Origin: an uncultured Mycoplasmatota bacterium | GTDB lineage: Bacteria > Bacillota_I > Bacilli_A > RF39 > UBA660 | Direction: 5' to 3' | NCBI GenBank assembly: GCA_946488855.1 | Contig: CAMLWC010000004.1 | Location: 1 to 51,228 of the forward strand | Length of the DNA: 51,228 nt | Shown: piece by piece, positions 27,069 through 36,608 of the stretch | Layout: every line of letters begins with the position of its first letter | Position numbering within the stretch: position 1 is the stretch's first letter | Position numbers and translations under genes: made by a program | Notes under the pieces: model-generated | What the model saw: only the letters and a program-made list of their open reading frames with translations | What the model was told of the DNA's origin: nothing | Database searches by the model: none

Positions 27069-28838
27069 TTATTTTAAACTTTCAAATCCACTTCTTTTAA
27101 ACATTTTTTCTAATTCATATTTAGTAAACGTAATAATAGTAGGTCTTCCATGAGGACAATTAAATGGATTATGACATTTTCTTAATTCATTAATCAATTC
27201 TTCCATTTCGTTAATACTTAAATTAGTATTTGCTTTAATACTTGCTTTACAAGCTAAAGTAGCAGATAAATGATCATTAAATTTAGCTAAATCAAAATCT
27301 TTTTCTTTATGAATAACTGCTTCAATTATTTTTCTAATTTGTAAATCTTCAAAACCTTTAGTTAACCAAATAGGATGTGATTTAATAATAACTGAATTAA
27401 TACCAAATTCTTCAATATCAAACCCCATATTATTTAAAAAATCAAAATTTTCTTTTAAAATAATATATTCATTATTAGATAATTCTATTGTAAGCGGTAA
27501 TAAAAGTGGTATTTTATCTTTAACAGGATTGGATAATTTATCTAAAAACAATTCATAATTTACTCTTTCTTTAGCTGCATGTTGATCAATTAAATACATA
27601 CCTATTTCATTTTGACAAACTATATATGTTCCATGAACCAAACCAATAGGATATAATAGTGGTAATCTTTCTTCATATTTTGGTTCTTCTTCTTTTATTT
27701 GATTATCAAAATCTAAAGTTATCTCTTCATATTTTGTTTTTTCTATTTTAGGTGATTCATTTAATTCTTCTTTAGGTTCTATTATTTCTAATTTTTCTTC
27801 TACAATTAATTCAGTATCAAAATCATTTATAGGTTGTTCTATTACTGGAATTAATGTTTGTCTATTTAATTTATTAACAATTGTTTTTTTAACTAAATCT
27901 AATAATTCTTCTAATTTACTAAATTTAATATCCATTTTAGTAGGATGAATATTAACATCTACTAAACTAGGATCTAATTCAATATTAATAACAACAATAG
28001 GATATCTATTATCTGGTTTATAAGAATGATAACTATAATTTATTATTCTATTTAATTCTTGATTTCTAACTACTCTACCATTTACTAAAGTAATAATATG
28101 ATTTCTTCCTGCCCTATTTACTTCAGGTAGACTTATAAAACCACTTATAATATAATCATCATCTTCATTATTTATTTCTAACATTTTACGCGCTACATCC
28201 ATACCATATATACTACTTATAGTTTTAAGCAAATTATTAGAACCATCTGTTTTTAAAATAGTATTTCCATTATTAATTAAAGTAAATCTAATTTCTGGAT
28301 GAGATAACGCAATTTTATTAACGTAATCAGTTATACTAGCAAGTTCAGTATATAAACTTTTCAAATGTTTTAATCTAGCAGGAGTATTATAAAATAATTC
28401 AGTTATTTCAAAAATAGTGCCTTTTCTAGCCTCAGTATTTTCTACTTTAATAATTTTACCACCTTTAATATTAACTAATGTTCCTATTTCTCCTTGACTA
28501 GTTTTAAGTACTACATTACTAACTGAAGCAATACTAGCTAAAGCTTCTCCTCTAAAACCTAAAGTATTAATATTATATAAATCAGATTCATCTTTTATTT
28601 TACTTGTAGCATGTCTATTAAAAGATAAAATAGCATCTTCTTTATCCATACCTATTCCATTATCAGTTACTTTAATTAAACTAGTTCCTGCTTCTTTTAA
28701 TTCAATTTTTATTTCACTACTATTAGCATCAATACTATTTTCAACTAATTCTTTTACAACTGAAGCACATCTTTCAACAACTTCTCCAGCTGCTATTTTA
28801 TTAGCTAAAATCTCATCCATTATTTTTATTTTACTCAT
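27069..28838 (-). CDS. mutL: DNA mismatch repair protein MutL
   Basis: GHKL ATPase motifs (ELVENSIDA, DNGIGM, GFRGEALASI), C-terminal dimerisation/endonuclease region, 589 aa. Confidence 0.95.
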   Translation of the reverse strand: MSKIKIMDEILANKIAAGEVVERCASVVKELVENSIDANSSEIKIELKEAGTSLIKVTDNGIGMDKEDAILSFNRHATSKIKDESDLYNINTLGFRGEALASIASVSNVVLKTSQGEIGTLVNIKGGKIIKVENTEARKGTIFEITELFYNTPARLKHLKSLYTELASITDYVNKIALSHPEIRFTLINNGNTILKTDGSNNLLKTISSIYGMDVARKMLEINNEDDDYIISGFISLPEVNRAGRNHIITLVNGRVVRNQELNRIINYSYHSYKPDNRYPIVVINIELDPSLVDVNIHPTKMDIKFSKLEELLDLVKKTIVNKLNRQTLIPVIEQPINDFDTELIVEEKLEIIEPKEELNESPKIEKTKYEEITLDFDNQIKEEEPKYEERLPLLYPIGLVHGTYIVCQNEIGMYLIDQHAAKERVNYELFLDKLSNPVKDKIPLLLPLTIELSNNEYIILKENFDFLNNMGFDIEEFGINSVIIKSHPIWLTKGFEDLQIRKIIEAVIHKEKDFDLAKFNDHLSATLACKASIKANTNLSINEMEELINELRKCHNPFNCPHGRPTIITFTKYELEKMFKRSGFESLK

Positions 28839-28885
28839 ACAACTTCACCTATATAATTATATCAAAAAAATAAATGAATTAACAT

Positions 28886-29560
28886 TTATTTTTGATGTTC
28901 TTTTATAACTTCTTTTTCTTTTAACATATTATTAAAAAATCTATTTAATAGTTCTAAATTGCCATTCATAGCACTCATAATTGAACCATTCATTAAATTA
29001 TTTTTATCTTCTTCAGTAACATTTGAAAAATCTAATTCATAATCAAAACCTAAATTTTTATTTATAAACACTACCACTTGTCTTAAATATTCTCGCATTA
29101 TTCTACCATTACCTTCTCTAAATGGATGCACAACATTTAATTCAGAGTAATAATAAGATAAAAAAACTACTATGTCTTCTTTTGTTTTAATTTTTTTTAA
29201 ATCATCAAATATTTTATCAAATAACATATTTAAATACTTATATATAAATTCTGGGCGACAAAAAGGTGTATTACCTTTAGTCATATTTTCATTTCTTATT
29301 TTTCCAGCAAATGGATAAATATGTTCAAAAACTTGACGATGTAAATCAATAAAATAATTTACACTAAATAATTCTTTAGAACAAGGTAATGGTTTAGTTT
29401 GTAATTTTACTAACATTAATGTAGTAACATTACGTTCTATTTTATCTAAAGTTTTTTGATCTTGAATATCAAATTTATTAATCAATACATTACTTTCAGG
29501 ATAACAATACTTAGATTGATAACTTAAAGCTTCATTTACTCTACTATTTACTTCTACCAT
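28886..29560 (-). CDS. Fic/DOC family protein (putative AMPylating toxin)
   Basis: Canonical Fic motif HPFREGNGRIMR. 224 aa. The start overlaps the upstream small ORF by 17 nt. Confidence 0.85.
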   Translation of the reverse strand: MVEVNSRVNEALSYQSKYCYPESNVLINKFDIQDQKTLDKIERNVTTLMLVKLQTKPLPCSKELFSVNYFIDLHRQVFEHIYPFAGKIRNENMTKGNTPFCRPEFIYKYLNMLFDKIFDDLKKIKTKEDIVVFLSYYYSELNVVHPFREGNGRIMREYLRQVVVFINKNLGFDYELDFSNVTEEDKNNLMNGSIMSAMNGNLELLNRFFNNMLKEKEVIKEHQK

Positions 29561-29765
29561 TTTCTTGCTCCATATTTTTTGTTTCTTTAACTAACCCATA
29601 CAATAAAGAATCAACAGCATCAGTACCTAATCTATCTTTATATTTCTGATATACTCTAGAAACAATATCCTTCTCATGTTTAGGAATACTATGACCTTCT
29701 ATTTCTACATTACCAATTGCTTTATCCAATTCTCTTTCTAAATCTTTTTCTTGCACAACTATCAC
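29544..29765 (-). CDS. VbhA-like small antitoxin of the Fic protein
   Basis: 73 aa, directly upstream of and overlapping the Fic gene. It contains NVEIEG, which resembles the (S/T)xxxE(G/N) inhibitory motif but has Asn at the first position. GTG start, TGGTATAAT extended -10 just upstream. Confidence 0.55.
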   Translation of the reverse strand: MIVVQEKDLERELDKAIGNVEIEGHSIPKHEKDIVSRVYQKYKDRLGTDAVDSLLYGLVKETKNMEQENGRSK

Positions 29766-29783
29766 CTATTTAAATTATACCAT

Positions 29784-29810
29784 AAAAAAGTAAGTTTCCT
29801 TACTTTTTTT
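29784..29810. terminator. Rho-independent terminator after pheT
   Basis: AAGTAAG-tttc-CTTACTT hairpin flanked by A6 and T7. It abuts the pheT stop. Confidence 0.7.
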
Positions 29811-32170
29811 TACATATTTCTCAATTTATAACCTCTATTTTCAACATCGTTTATTATTTTTTCAAATAATGTATTAACTTCTTCATCAGTTAAGGTTTTA
29901 GTATTATCATTAAATGTTAAAGAATAAGCAATAGATTTTTCATTATTACCAACATTTTCACCTTCATATACATCGAATATATTAATATCAGTTAATAATC
30001 TACCACCTGATTTTTTTATAATATCTAATACTTCTTTAGATTCAGTATCTTTAGGCATAATAAAGGCCATATCTTTTATAATACTTGGATATTTTGATAT
30101 TTCTTTATATTTAATAGGCTTAATATTAGTAATTAAACTATCCATACTTAATTCACAAATATATATTTCATCTTTAGAATCTGTTGGATGAATTCTACCT
30201 ATTATTCCTATTTCTTTTCGATCTAATAAAATTCTAGCAGACATACCAGGATGCATATTAGGTATATTATCAGTTTTAAAACTATATCTATTTTTAAGCC
30301 CTAAATAATCTAATAAATTTTCTAATATTCCCTTTATTAAATAAAAATCTACTTTAATTTTAGTATTATTCCAACCATTATTAATAAAATTACCCTTCAT
30401 TAAAATGCATATTTTACTTTCTTCAGTATAATTTATGTCATATGTTTTAGCAATTTCATAAATTAAAATGTCGTTTACTTTTCTAGTTTTATTATAATTA
30501 TAAACATTTAATAATGAAGGTATTAATGTAGTTCTTACAACCTCTTTATCATTACTCATTGGATTTGGTAAAATAATATTTTCTTTATTATCATAATTAA
30601 ATTTAAGCATATCTTTAGAAACTAAAGTATATGTTTTAACTTCATTTAATCCTAAAGATCTTAATCTTTTTGAAATTAATTTACGATATTTAACATTACC
30701 AATATATTCACCTTTTTTAATATCTACTTTAGGTAAAGTTGATACTAAATTATGATATCCATACAGCCTTCCTATTTCTTCAGCTATGTCATTAACGTTA
30801 GGATCAATATCCAATCTTCTATTAGGTATTGTTACAATAAATTTATCATTATCTAATTTATACTTAAAATCTAATCTTTCTAGTTCTTTTTTCATATCTT
30901 CTTCGCTTATTGTAATACCCAACATTTTATCAACTTCAGAAGGTTTAAATTCAACTATTTTTTCTTTTTTATCTATTTCATCATGAATAACCATATCACT
31001 TAAAACCTTAGCATCAGCATATTTTTCTAATAAATGACAAGCCCTTAAAATTGCTTTATTAGTATATTCATAATTTAATCCTTTACCATATCTAATAGAT
31101 GCTTCACTTCTTAAATCTAATCTATTAGCCGTATTTCTAATACTTACCGCATCAAATATAGCAGATTCAATTAAAATAGTTTTTGTATTTTCATCTACTT
31201 CAGTGTTTTCTCCACCCATAACACCAGCAATACAAACAGGATTATTACCATCAGTTATAACTATATCATTAGTTAATTTTCTTTCTTTTCCATCTAAAGT
31301 AACAATATTTTCATTATTTGCTTCTCTTACTAAAATATTATTACCTAACTTATCTTTATCAAAGAAATGTAGAGGTTGACCATATTCTAACATTACATAA
31401 TTAGAAATATCTACTACATTATTAATTGGTCTCATACCTGCTGCTAGTAATCTTTTTTTTATAAAATCTGGTGATTCTTTTATTTTTACATCAGTAACCA
31501 TTTTAGCTAAATAATAAGGACATTTCTTAGTTTCAACTTTTAAATTAAAATGATTTTTAATGGAATCTTCTATTTCTTTAAATGAATCATCAGGTAAAGT
31601 TACTTTTCTATTTAAAATAGCTGCGATTTCATAAGCAAAACCAATATGATAATAACAATCATTATTTCTATGTTTATGAACATCTAATTCATATAAAGTA
31701 TCGTCTAATCCTAAATATTTAATAGGATCATCACCTACTTTAGCGTTACTATCTAATTCTTCAATACCTCTATTATAAGCTTCTTCTGTTTTCTCTTCTA
31801 AACCTAATTCATATAATGCACATATCATACCATTAGATTCTTGATTTCTAATTTTACTTTTTTTAATTTCAAAATTGCCTGGTAATACTGCTCCTGGTAA
31901 AGCAACAATTACTTTTAATCCTTTTCTTACATTAGGAGCCCCACATACAATTTGGGTAACCTTACTACCAACATCTACTTGACAAACATGTAAATGGTCG
32001 CTATCAGGATGGTCAATACAATCAATTACTTCACCAATAACTAAATTATCGATATGATTAGTAATTACCTTTTCAACATTAATACCAGCTTTAGTTATTT
32101 TAACAGCTAATTCTTTTAAATCTTGATCTGATATATCAATATAATCTTTAACCCACTCTAAACTTATCAT
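29810..32170 (-). CDS. pheT: Phenylalanine--tRNA ligase beta subunit
   Basis: 786 aa with N-terminal tRNA-binding domain, B3/4, B5 and FDX-ACB domains. Immediately follows pheS. Confidence 0.95.
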   Translation of the reverse strand: MISLEWVKDYIDISDQDLKELAVKITKAGINVEKVITNHIDNLVIGEVIDCIDHPDSDHLHVCQVDVGSKVTQIVCGAPNVRKGLKVIVALPGAVLPGNFEIKKSKIRNQESNGMICALYELGLEEKTEEAYNRGIEELDSNAKVGDDPIKYLGLDDTLYELDVHKHRNNDCYYHIGFAYEIAAILNRKVTLPDDSFKEIEDSIKNHFNLKVETKKCPYYLAKMVTDVKIKESPDFIKKRLLAAGMRPINNVVDISNYVMLEYGQPLHFFDKDKLGNNILVREANNENIVTLDGKERKLTNDIVITDGNNPVCIAGVMGGENTEVDENTKTILIESAIFDAVSIRNTANRLDLRSEASIRYGKGLNYEYTNKAILRACHLLEKYADAKVLSDMVIHDEIDKKEKIVEFKPSEVDKMLGITISEEDMKKELERLDFKYKLDNDKFIVTIPNRRLDIDPNVNDIAEEIGRLYGYHNLVSTLPKVDIKKGEYIGNVKYRKLISKRLRSLGLNEVKTYTLVSKDMLKFNYDNKENIILPNPMSNDKEVVRTTLIPSLLNVYNYNKTRKVNDILIYEIAKTYDINYTEESKICILMKGNFINNGWNNTKIKVDFYLIKGILENLLDYLGLKNRYSFKTDNIPNMHPGMSARILLDRKEIGIIGRIHPTDSKDEIYICELSMDSLITNIKPIKYKEISKYPSIIKDMAFIMPKDTESKEVLDIIKKSGGRLLTDINIFDVYEGENVGNNEKSIAYSLTFNDNTKTLTDEEVNTLFEKIINDVENRGYKLRNM

Positions 32171-33205
32171 TTATTCAACATCCTTTCTATCGAAAGTATT
32201 TAATTCTCTTAAATCAGTATTATAAAATACTCTTAAATCATTAATACCATATTTTAACATAGCTAATCTTTCAGCTCCAAATCCGAAAGCAAATCCAGAC
32301 CAGATACTTGGATCATATCCGCCCATTTTAAGTACATTAGGATGAACAATACCAGCACCTGCTACAGTTATCCAACCAGTATTTTTACAAATATTACATC
32401 CTTTACCTTTACAATTAAAGCAACTAATATCAACTTCTACTGAAGGTTCTGTAAATTGATAATAACTTGGTCTAAATCTAGTGCTTATATCTTGACCAAA
32501 TAATTTTTTTACTATAACATCAATTGTTCCTTTTAAATCAGATAAACTAATGTCTTTATCAACTAACAATCCTTCTATTTGATTAAATTGATGTGAATGA
32601 GTTGCATCATCATCATCTCTTCTATATGTTTTACCAGGGCAAATCATTCTAATTGGTTTTTCACCTTTATTTGCTAGCATGGTTCTTACTTGTACAGGAG
32701 ATGTTTGACTTCTTAATAATATTTCTTCTCCTTCAATATAAAAAGTATCTTGTGCATCTCTTGCTGGATGTCCTTTTGGTATATTTAACATTTCAAAATT
32801 AAATTTATCTTCTTCTATTTCAGGCCCGTCTACTACATCATACCCCATAGACATTAACAATTCTTCTACTTCTTCAATTAATTTTTCCAATATATTAGGA
32901 GCACCATTAGCTATTTTAGTACTTGGTAAACTAATATCAATTTTTTCATTTTTTAATTTTTCATTTAAAATATTTAATTCAATTTCTTTATTTTTTTCAT
33001 CAAATATTTTAGTAACTTCTTGTTTTAAACTATTAATAATAGGTCCTTGTTTTTTCTTTTCTTCAATTGATAATTTACCTAAATTAGCTAACAACTCACT
33101 AATAATACCTTTTTTGCCCAAATATTTAACTCTTAAATCATATAAAGTTTTTGTATCATTTATATTTTCTATTTCTTTTAAAACATCATTTTTTATATTT
33201 TCCAT
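32171..33205 (-). CDS. pheS: Phenylalanine--tRNA ligase alpha subunit
   Basis: Class II motifs (GHPARD, FRPSYYQFTEPS, GFAFGFGAERLAML). The start is placed at the ATG of MENIKNDV (33205) behind an AAGGAA SD. The longer TTG ORF runs into the T-box terminator. Confidence 0.95.
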   Translation of the reverse strand: MENIKNDVLKEIENINDTKTLYDLRVKYLGKKGIISELLANLGKLSIEEKKKQGPIINSLKQEVTKIFDEKNKEIELNILNEKLKNEKIDISLPSTKIANGAPNILEKLIEEVEELLMSMGYDVVDGPEIEEDKFNFEMLNIPKGHPARDAQDTFYIEGEEILLRSQTSPVQVRTMLANKGEKPIRMICPGKTYRRDDDDATHSHQFNQIEGLLVDKDISLSDLKGTIDVIVKKLFGQDISTRFRPSYYQFTEPSVEVDISCFNCKGKGCNICKNTGWITVAGAGIVHPNVLKMGGYDPSIWSGFAFGFGAERLAMLKYGINDLRVFYNTDLRELNTFDRKDVE

Positions 33206-33224
33206 TTCAATCATTCCTTTCAAA

Positions 33225-33395
33225 TAAAAAAGCAACTCATCCTAAAGGACGAATTGCTCGTGGTACCACCTTAATTTATACTCAAAGACTATAATGCGTC
33301 ACCAAATAAACTCCAAAGGTGAATTCTTAAAAGATTATTAAATGTTTCCACCAACCACATTCTCTCTATTAATAATTACTTTTAATACTACTTCT
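33225..33395 (-). promoter_or_regulatory. T-box riboswitch leader, Phe (UUC) specifier, controlling pheST
   Basis: The minus strand carries the AGAGA stem I motif (33365-33361) and AAGAATTCACC with UUC followed by a purine (33323-33321). The T-box sequence AAGGTGGTACCACG is at 33270-33259. The terminator GCAATTCGTCC-ttt-AGGATGAGTTGC is followed by T7. Confidence 0.85.
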
Positions 33396-33405
33396 TTTTC
33401 ATCGT

Positions 33406-33648
33406 TTATCTTACTTTTGTTTCTTCTATTGTTTGTGTTACTTGTAAATTACTTAATCCAGCAATCAACTCATCTAAACCTTGACTAGGTGTATTAAAAG
33501 ATGAAGCTGGAGGTAATTCTTGAAGATATGTTATTACTTCTTCTAATTTACCACATTGTTGAGCTAAAGAAATACCTTTAGCACAAACTTCAGTTAATCT
33601 TCCGCCTCGACCTAAATTATAATTAGCGGCATTATTAAATTCTTGCAT
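33406..33648 (-). CDS. Hypothetical 80-aa protein, compositionally atypical
   Basis: AGGAG SD 8 nt upstream, next to the stop of the preceding gene. The protein is rich in G/A/L/Q and poor in K/I/N compared with its neighbours. No family recognised. Confidence 0.5.
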   Translation of the reverse strand: MQEFNNAANYNLGRGGRLTEVCAKGISLAQQCGKLEEVITYLQELPPASSFNTPSQGLDELIAGLSNLQVTQTIEETKVR

Positions 33649-33660
33649 AATTATACTCCT

Positions 33661-34173
33661 TTAATTTCCAAATATTAAACTAGCATCATTATTAAAATAT
33701 GCATCAAACATTTTGTCTTCGCCAATTATTTTTTCTAATAAATTACTTGCTACTATTTCATCTTCATATTCAGATTCTGTTTCATTACCAACTAGAAAAT
33801 TAGCTAATCTTTCTGTATACCCAATATTTAAAGCTTCATAAGCATTATCTTTATTAAAACCAGTAAAATTATCTTTAGCTGTAATAATATTTAATAATTC
33901 TCTCATCAAAATATGTTTACAATCATTATTTTCTAATTTTACAATACTAACTAATAACTCATTAGATATTGGATTATAATAAGAAGATTTTTTTATTAAA
34001 AATTTACTTCCTCTAATTATACTTAAAGTTTTTAATCTTTCATTTAAATTTTCTAATTTTACATTAGGAAATTTACTATTAAATAAATATATTAATTCCA
34101 TTAAACATTCTTTGATGTCATCAGTCAAATTAGGATTGGAATTTAATGAATTTTTTATTTCATTTAAGTCCAT
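33661..34173 (-). CDS. Hypothetical protein, degenerate HExxH-like family member
   Basis: 170 aa. CKHILMRELLNIITA sits where the 41017 paralogue has LIHELNHAINS. The layout of the N-terminal region is similar (DIKECLMELIYLF vs NIKHLLYVVLPAF). Confidence 0.4.
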   Translation of the reverse strand: MDLNEIKNSLNSNPNLTDDIKECLMELIYLFNSKFPNVKLENLNERLKTLSIIRGSKFLIKKSSYYNPISNELLVSIVKLENNDCKHILMRELLNIITAKDNFTGFNKDNAYEALNIGYTERLANFLVGNETESEYEDEIVASNLLEKIIGEDKMFDAYFNNDASLIFGN

Positions 34174-34238
34174 CTTTAAATCACCTATTTGTTATTTTAA
34201 CACAAATTTCACATAATTACAATTTTTTTTGATAATTT

Positions 34239-35222
34239 TTATAATTTTAATGAAATAATTTTTGGAATAGATTTATCAAATTTAACTTTTTTATATGATT
34301 TTATAATTAAATCTATCACAATTTCTCTATTATTTAAGATTGATTGATAATCATCATCATCTATTAAATCATGAAATTCACTATTTAAATCCATAATCGT
34401 TTCATCATCAAGTAAAAGATAAATAGCCCTTAAAAATGATTGATTAATTAACATTTCAGCCATTATACTTTTATCTAATAAATCTTTATCATCATAAACT
34501 AACATTGAATTTAAAATATTAGTATAAAATTCAATACAATAAACTTTAGTTACTTCATTAATTAATTCTAAAGGCCATCCATTCATTTGTCCAAAAAATT
34601 TATAACTAATATATGGATTTTTATTTATTTCAAAATTGCTTATTATCATTTCTTTTTCTATTTCCTGATATATACAACTCGTTGCATATTTTATTTTTTT
34701 TAAATATTTAGTAATATTTAAATCGCTTTGCTTTTCAGTTATTTCGGATACAATCGGTAAAAAACATTTAACAATATCAACAAATATAATATTCTTTGTT
34801 TTAATACTATTATAAATTGAATGATATAATTGTGCTTTTTCCTGTGATAATGTTTTATCAAAATTATTCATAAAATTTCTTGATAATTTTGAAATAATTC
34901 TAGTAATTATCATCATTTCATCTAATTTAAGTAATTGATTTGAATAATTTTGATGTATTAATTCTTTATTATATTTTTCTGTTAAATAATATATAATCTT
35001 TTTATTTTCTTCTAAATTACGCATAATTTGATTGTAGATATTATTTTCAATAGTAAGACATTGTTTTAATTTTGATACAAATAAATTATATTCCTTTGTG
35101 TGTTTTTTTTCATTTAATTCCAACTGATATAATTTATTATATAAATTTACTATTTTTATAGTAATATTAATCAATTTACTTAAATCTTCATATTCATTTT
35201 TATTCAAACTATTATTTTCCAT
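34239..35222 (-). CDS. Hypothetical all-helical protein
   Basis: 327-aa ORF with AAAGGAG SD, 40 nt downstream of the polymerase gene with no visible terminator in between. No motif recognised. Confidence 0.5.
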   Translation of the reverse strand: MENNSLNKNEYEDLSKLINITIKIVNLYNKLYQLELNEKKHTKEYNLFVSKLKQCLTIENNIYNQIMRNLEENKKIIYYLTEKYNKELIHQNYSNQLLKLDEMMIITRIISKLSRNFMNNFDKTLSQEKAQLYHSIYNSIKTKNIIFVDIVKCFLPIVSEITEKQSDLNITKYLKKIKYATSCIYQEIEKEMIISNFEINKNPYISYKFFGQMNGWPLELINEVTKVYCIEFYTNILNSMLVYDDKDLLDKSIMAEMLINQSFLRAIYLLLDDETIMDLNSEFHDLIDDDDYQSILNNREIVIDLIIKSYKKVKFDKSIPKIISLKL

Positions 35223-35262
35223 AATAAATCTCCTTTAGATATTTAAATATATTAGCATATTT

Positions 35263-36465
35263 TTATAAATTTTTAAACTGCTTATTACTATTTTTTAAGC
35301 TTGCTTTGGTTATAATTTTACTACCATATTTTTCTTTCAAAGTATCAATAACATTATCTACTTTAGAATCATTACTATTTTCTGCATCAAATAAAGATCC
35401 TTGATAATTTACACTATCAGTTAATTTATCTAATCTAACTCCTATTAATCTAACTTTTTCTTCACTCCACATTTCATCTAATATTTCTTTAGCTACCTTA
35501 TATATTTCTGTTGTTATATTTGTAGCATTAACTAATTTTTTTTGATGAGATTTTCTTTTAAAATAATTATCCTTTAAAATTACACATATAACATTAGCAT
35601 ATTTATTTTGTTTTCTTAGTCTTATACTTACTGTTTCGCATAAATTCATTAAATATGGATATAATTTTTCCTTATTAATAATATCTCTATCTAAAGTAAA
35701 TTCATTACTTATACCTTTTGGAGTAGAAATAGTACTATCCACTTCACTATTATCTATTCCTTTAGCTTGATTTATCAAAAAAGTTGTTTGATTTTTAAAA
35801 TAAATATATAATTTTTCATAAGGAAAATTAGCTAAATCACCTATTGTTTTAATACCTAAATTAATTAATTTTTCACTTGTTTTTTTTCCTATCATAAATA
35901 ATTCATTAATTGGTAGAGGATACATTTTAGATTCTATTTCATAATTATACAAAGTATGAATTTTATTTGGTTTACTAAAATCACTAGCCATTTTAGCACA
36001 TAACTTATTATTAGCAATGCCAATATTTACTGTAAAGCCCAATTTTTCATATATTTCTTTTTGTAATTTTTTAGCAAACTCATATTGATCCCCATATATT
36101 TTTTTTACCTTTCCATAATCTAAATAACATTCATCAATACTAGCAATTTCTATATCAGGTGTATATTTATTTAATAAAGTAAATAATTTATTACTCATTT
36201 CACTATAAAATTTATAATTTGGTGGAAATATTTTTAGTATATTACATTTCTTTTTTGCTTCATATAGATTCATTGAAGTATAAATTCCTAATTTTTTACA
36301 AGAATTTGATTTAGCTAATACAATTCCTTTTCTAGCTTTAGGGTCTCCACCAATTACAGCATAAGAATTTCTAATATCATAATTATAACCATTATTTAAT
36401 AATTCAATTGCCGTCCAAGATAAAAAAGCATTATTAACATCAATATGAAATATAATTTTTTCCAT
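35263..36465 (-). CDS. dinB: Y-family DNA polymerase (DinB/UvrX-like)
   Basis: IFHIDVNNAFLSW, SIDECYLD catalytic acidic motifs, HhH little-finger region. The start is placed at the ATG of MEKIIFHID (36465) behind AAAGGTGA. Confidence 0.85.
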   Translation of the reverse strand: MEKIIFHIDVNNAFLSWTAIELLNNGYNYDIRNSYAVIGGDPKARKGIVLAKSNSCKKLGIYTSMNLYEAKKKCNILKIFPPNYKFYSEMSNKLFTLLNKYTPDIEIASIDECYLDYGKVKKIYGDQYEFAKKLQKEIYEKLGFTVNIGIANNKLCAKMASDFSKPNKIHTLYNYEIESKMYPLPINELFMIGKKTSEKLINLGIKTIGDLANFPYEKLYIYFKNQTTFLINQAKGIDNSEVDSTISTPKGISNEFTLDRDIINKEKLYPYLMNLCETVSIRLRKQNKYANVICVILKDNYFKRKSHQKKLVNATNITTEIYKVAKEILDEMWSEEKVRLIGVRLDKLTDSVNYQGSLFDAENSNDSKVDNVIDTLKEKYGSKIITKASLKNSNKQFKNL

Positions 36466-36520
36466 AAATGTCACCTTTATAAAAATTTTAACATTTATTA
36501 AATATATTGTAAATAGAAAT

Positions 36521-36536
36521 ACGAATGTATTTTCGT
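36521..36536. promoter_or_regulatory. Candidate LexA (Cheo/SOS) box upstream of the Y-family polymerase
   Basis: Palindrome ACGAATGTATTTTCGT (CGAA-N6-TTCG). It lies just upstream of a TTTACA-17-TAAAAT promoter on the minus strand, ~55-70 nt upstream of the start. Confidence 0.4.
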
Positions 36537-36608
36537 TTTTTATTATAGTTATTTGCTTATTCACTTTTTTTAATATTACATAATATATTATCGAAAGGAG
36601 AATTAAAT

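Noticed and set aside
33406-33648. The relatively GC-richer 80-codon ORF as an extension of the pheS T-box leader or another structured RNA
   Set aside because: All T-box elements (stem I AGAGA, specifier, T-box sequence, terminator) fit within 33225-33395. The ORF has a well-spaced AGGAG SD next to the upstream stop, so a protein-coding reading is more economical.
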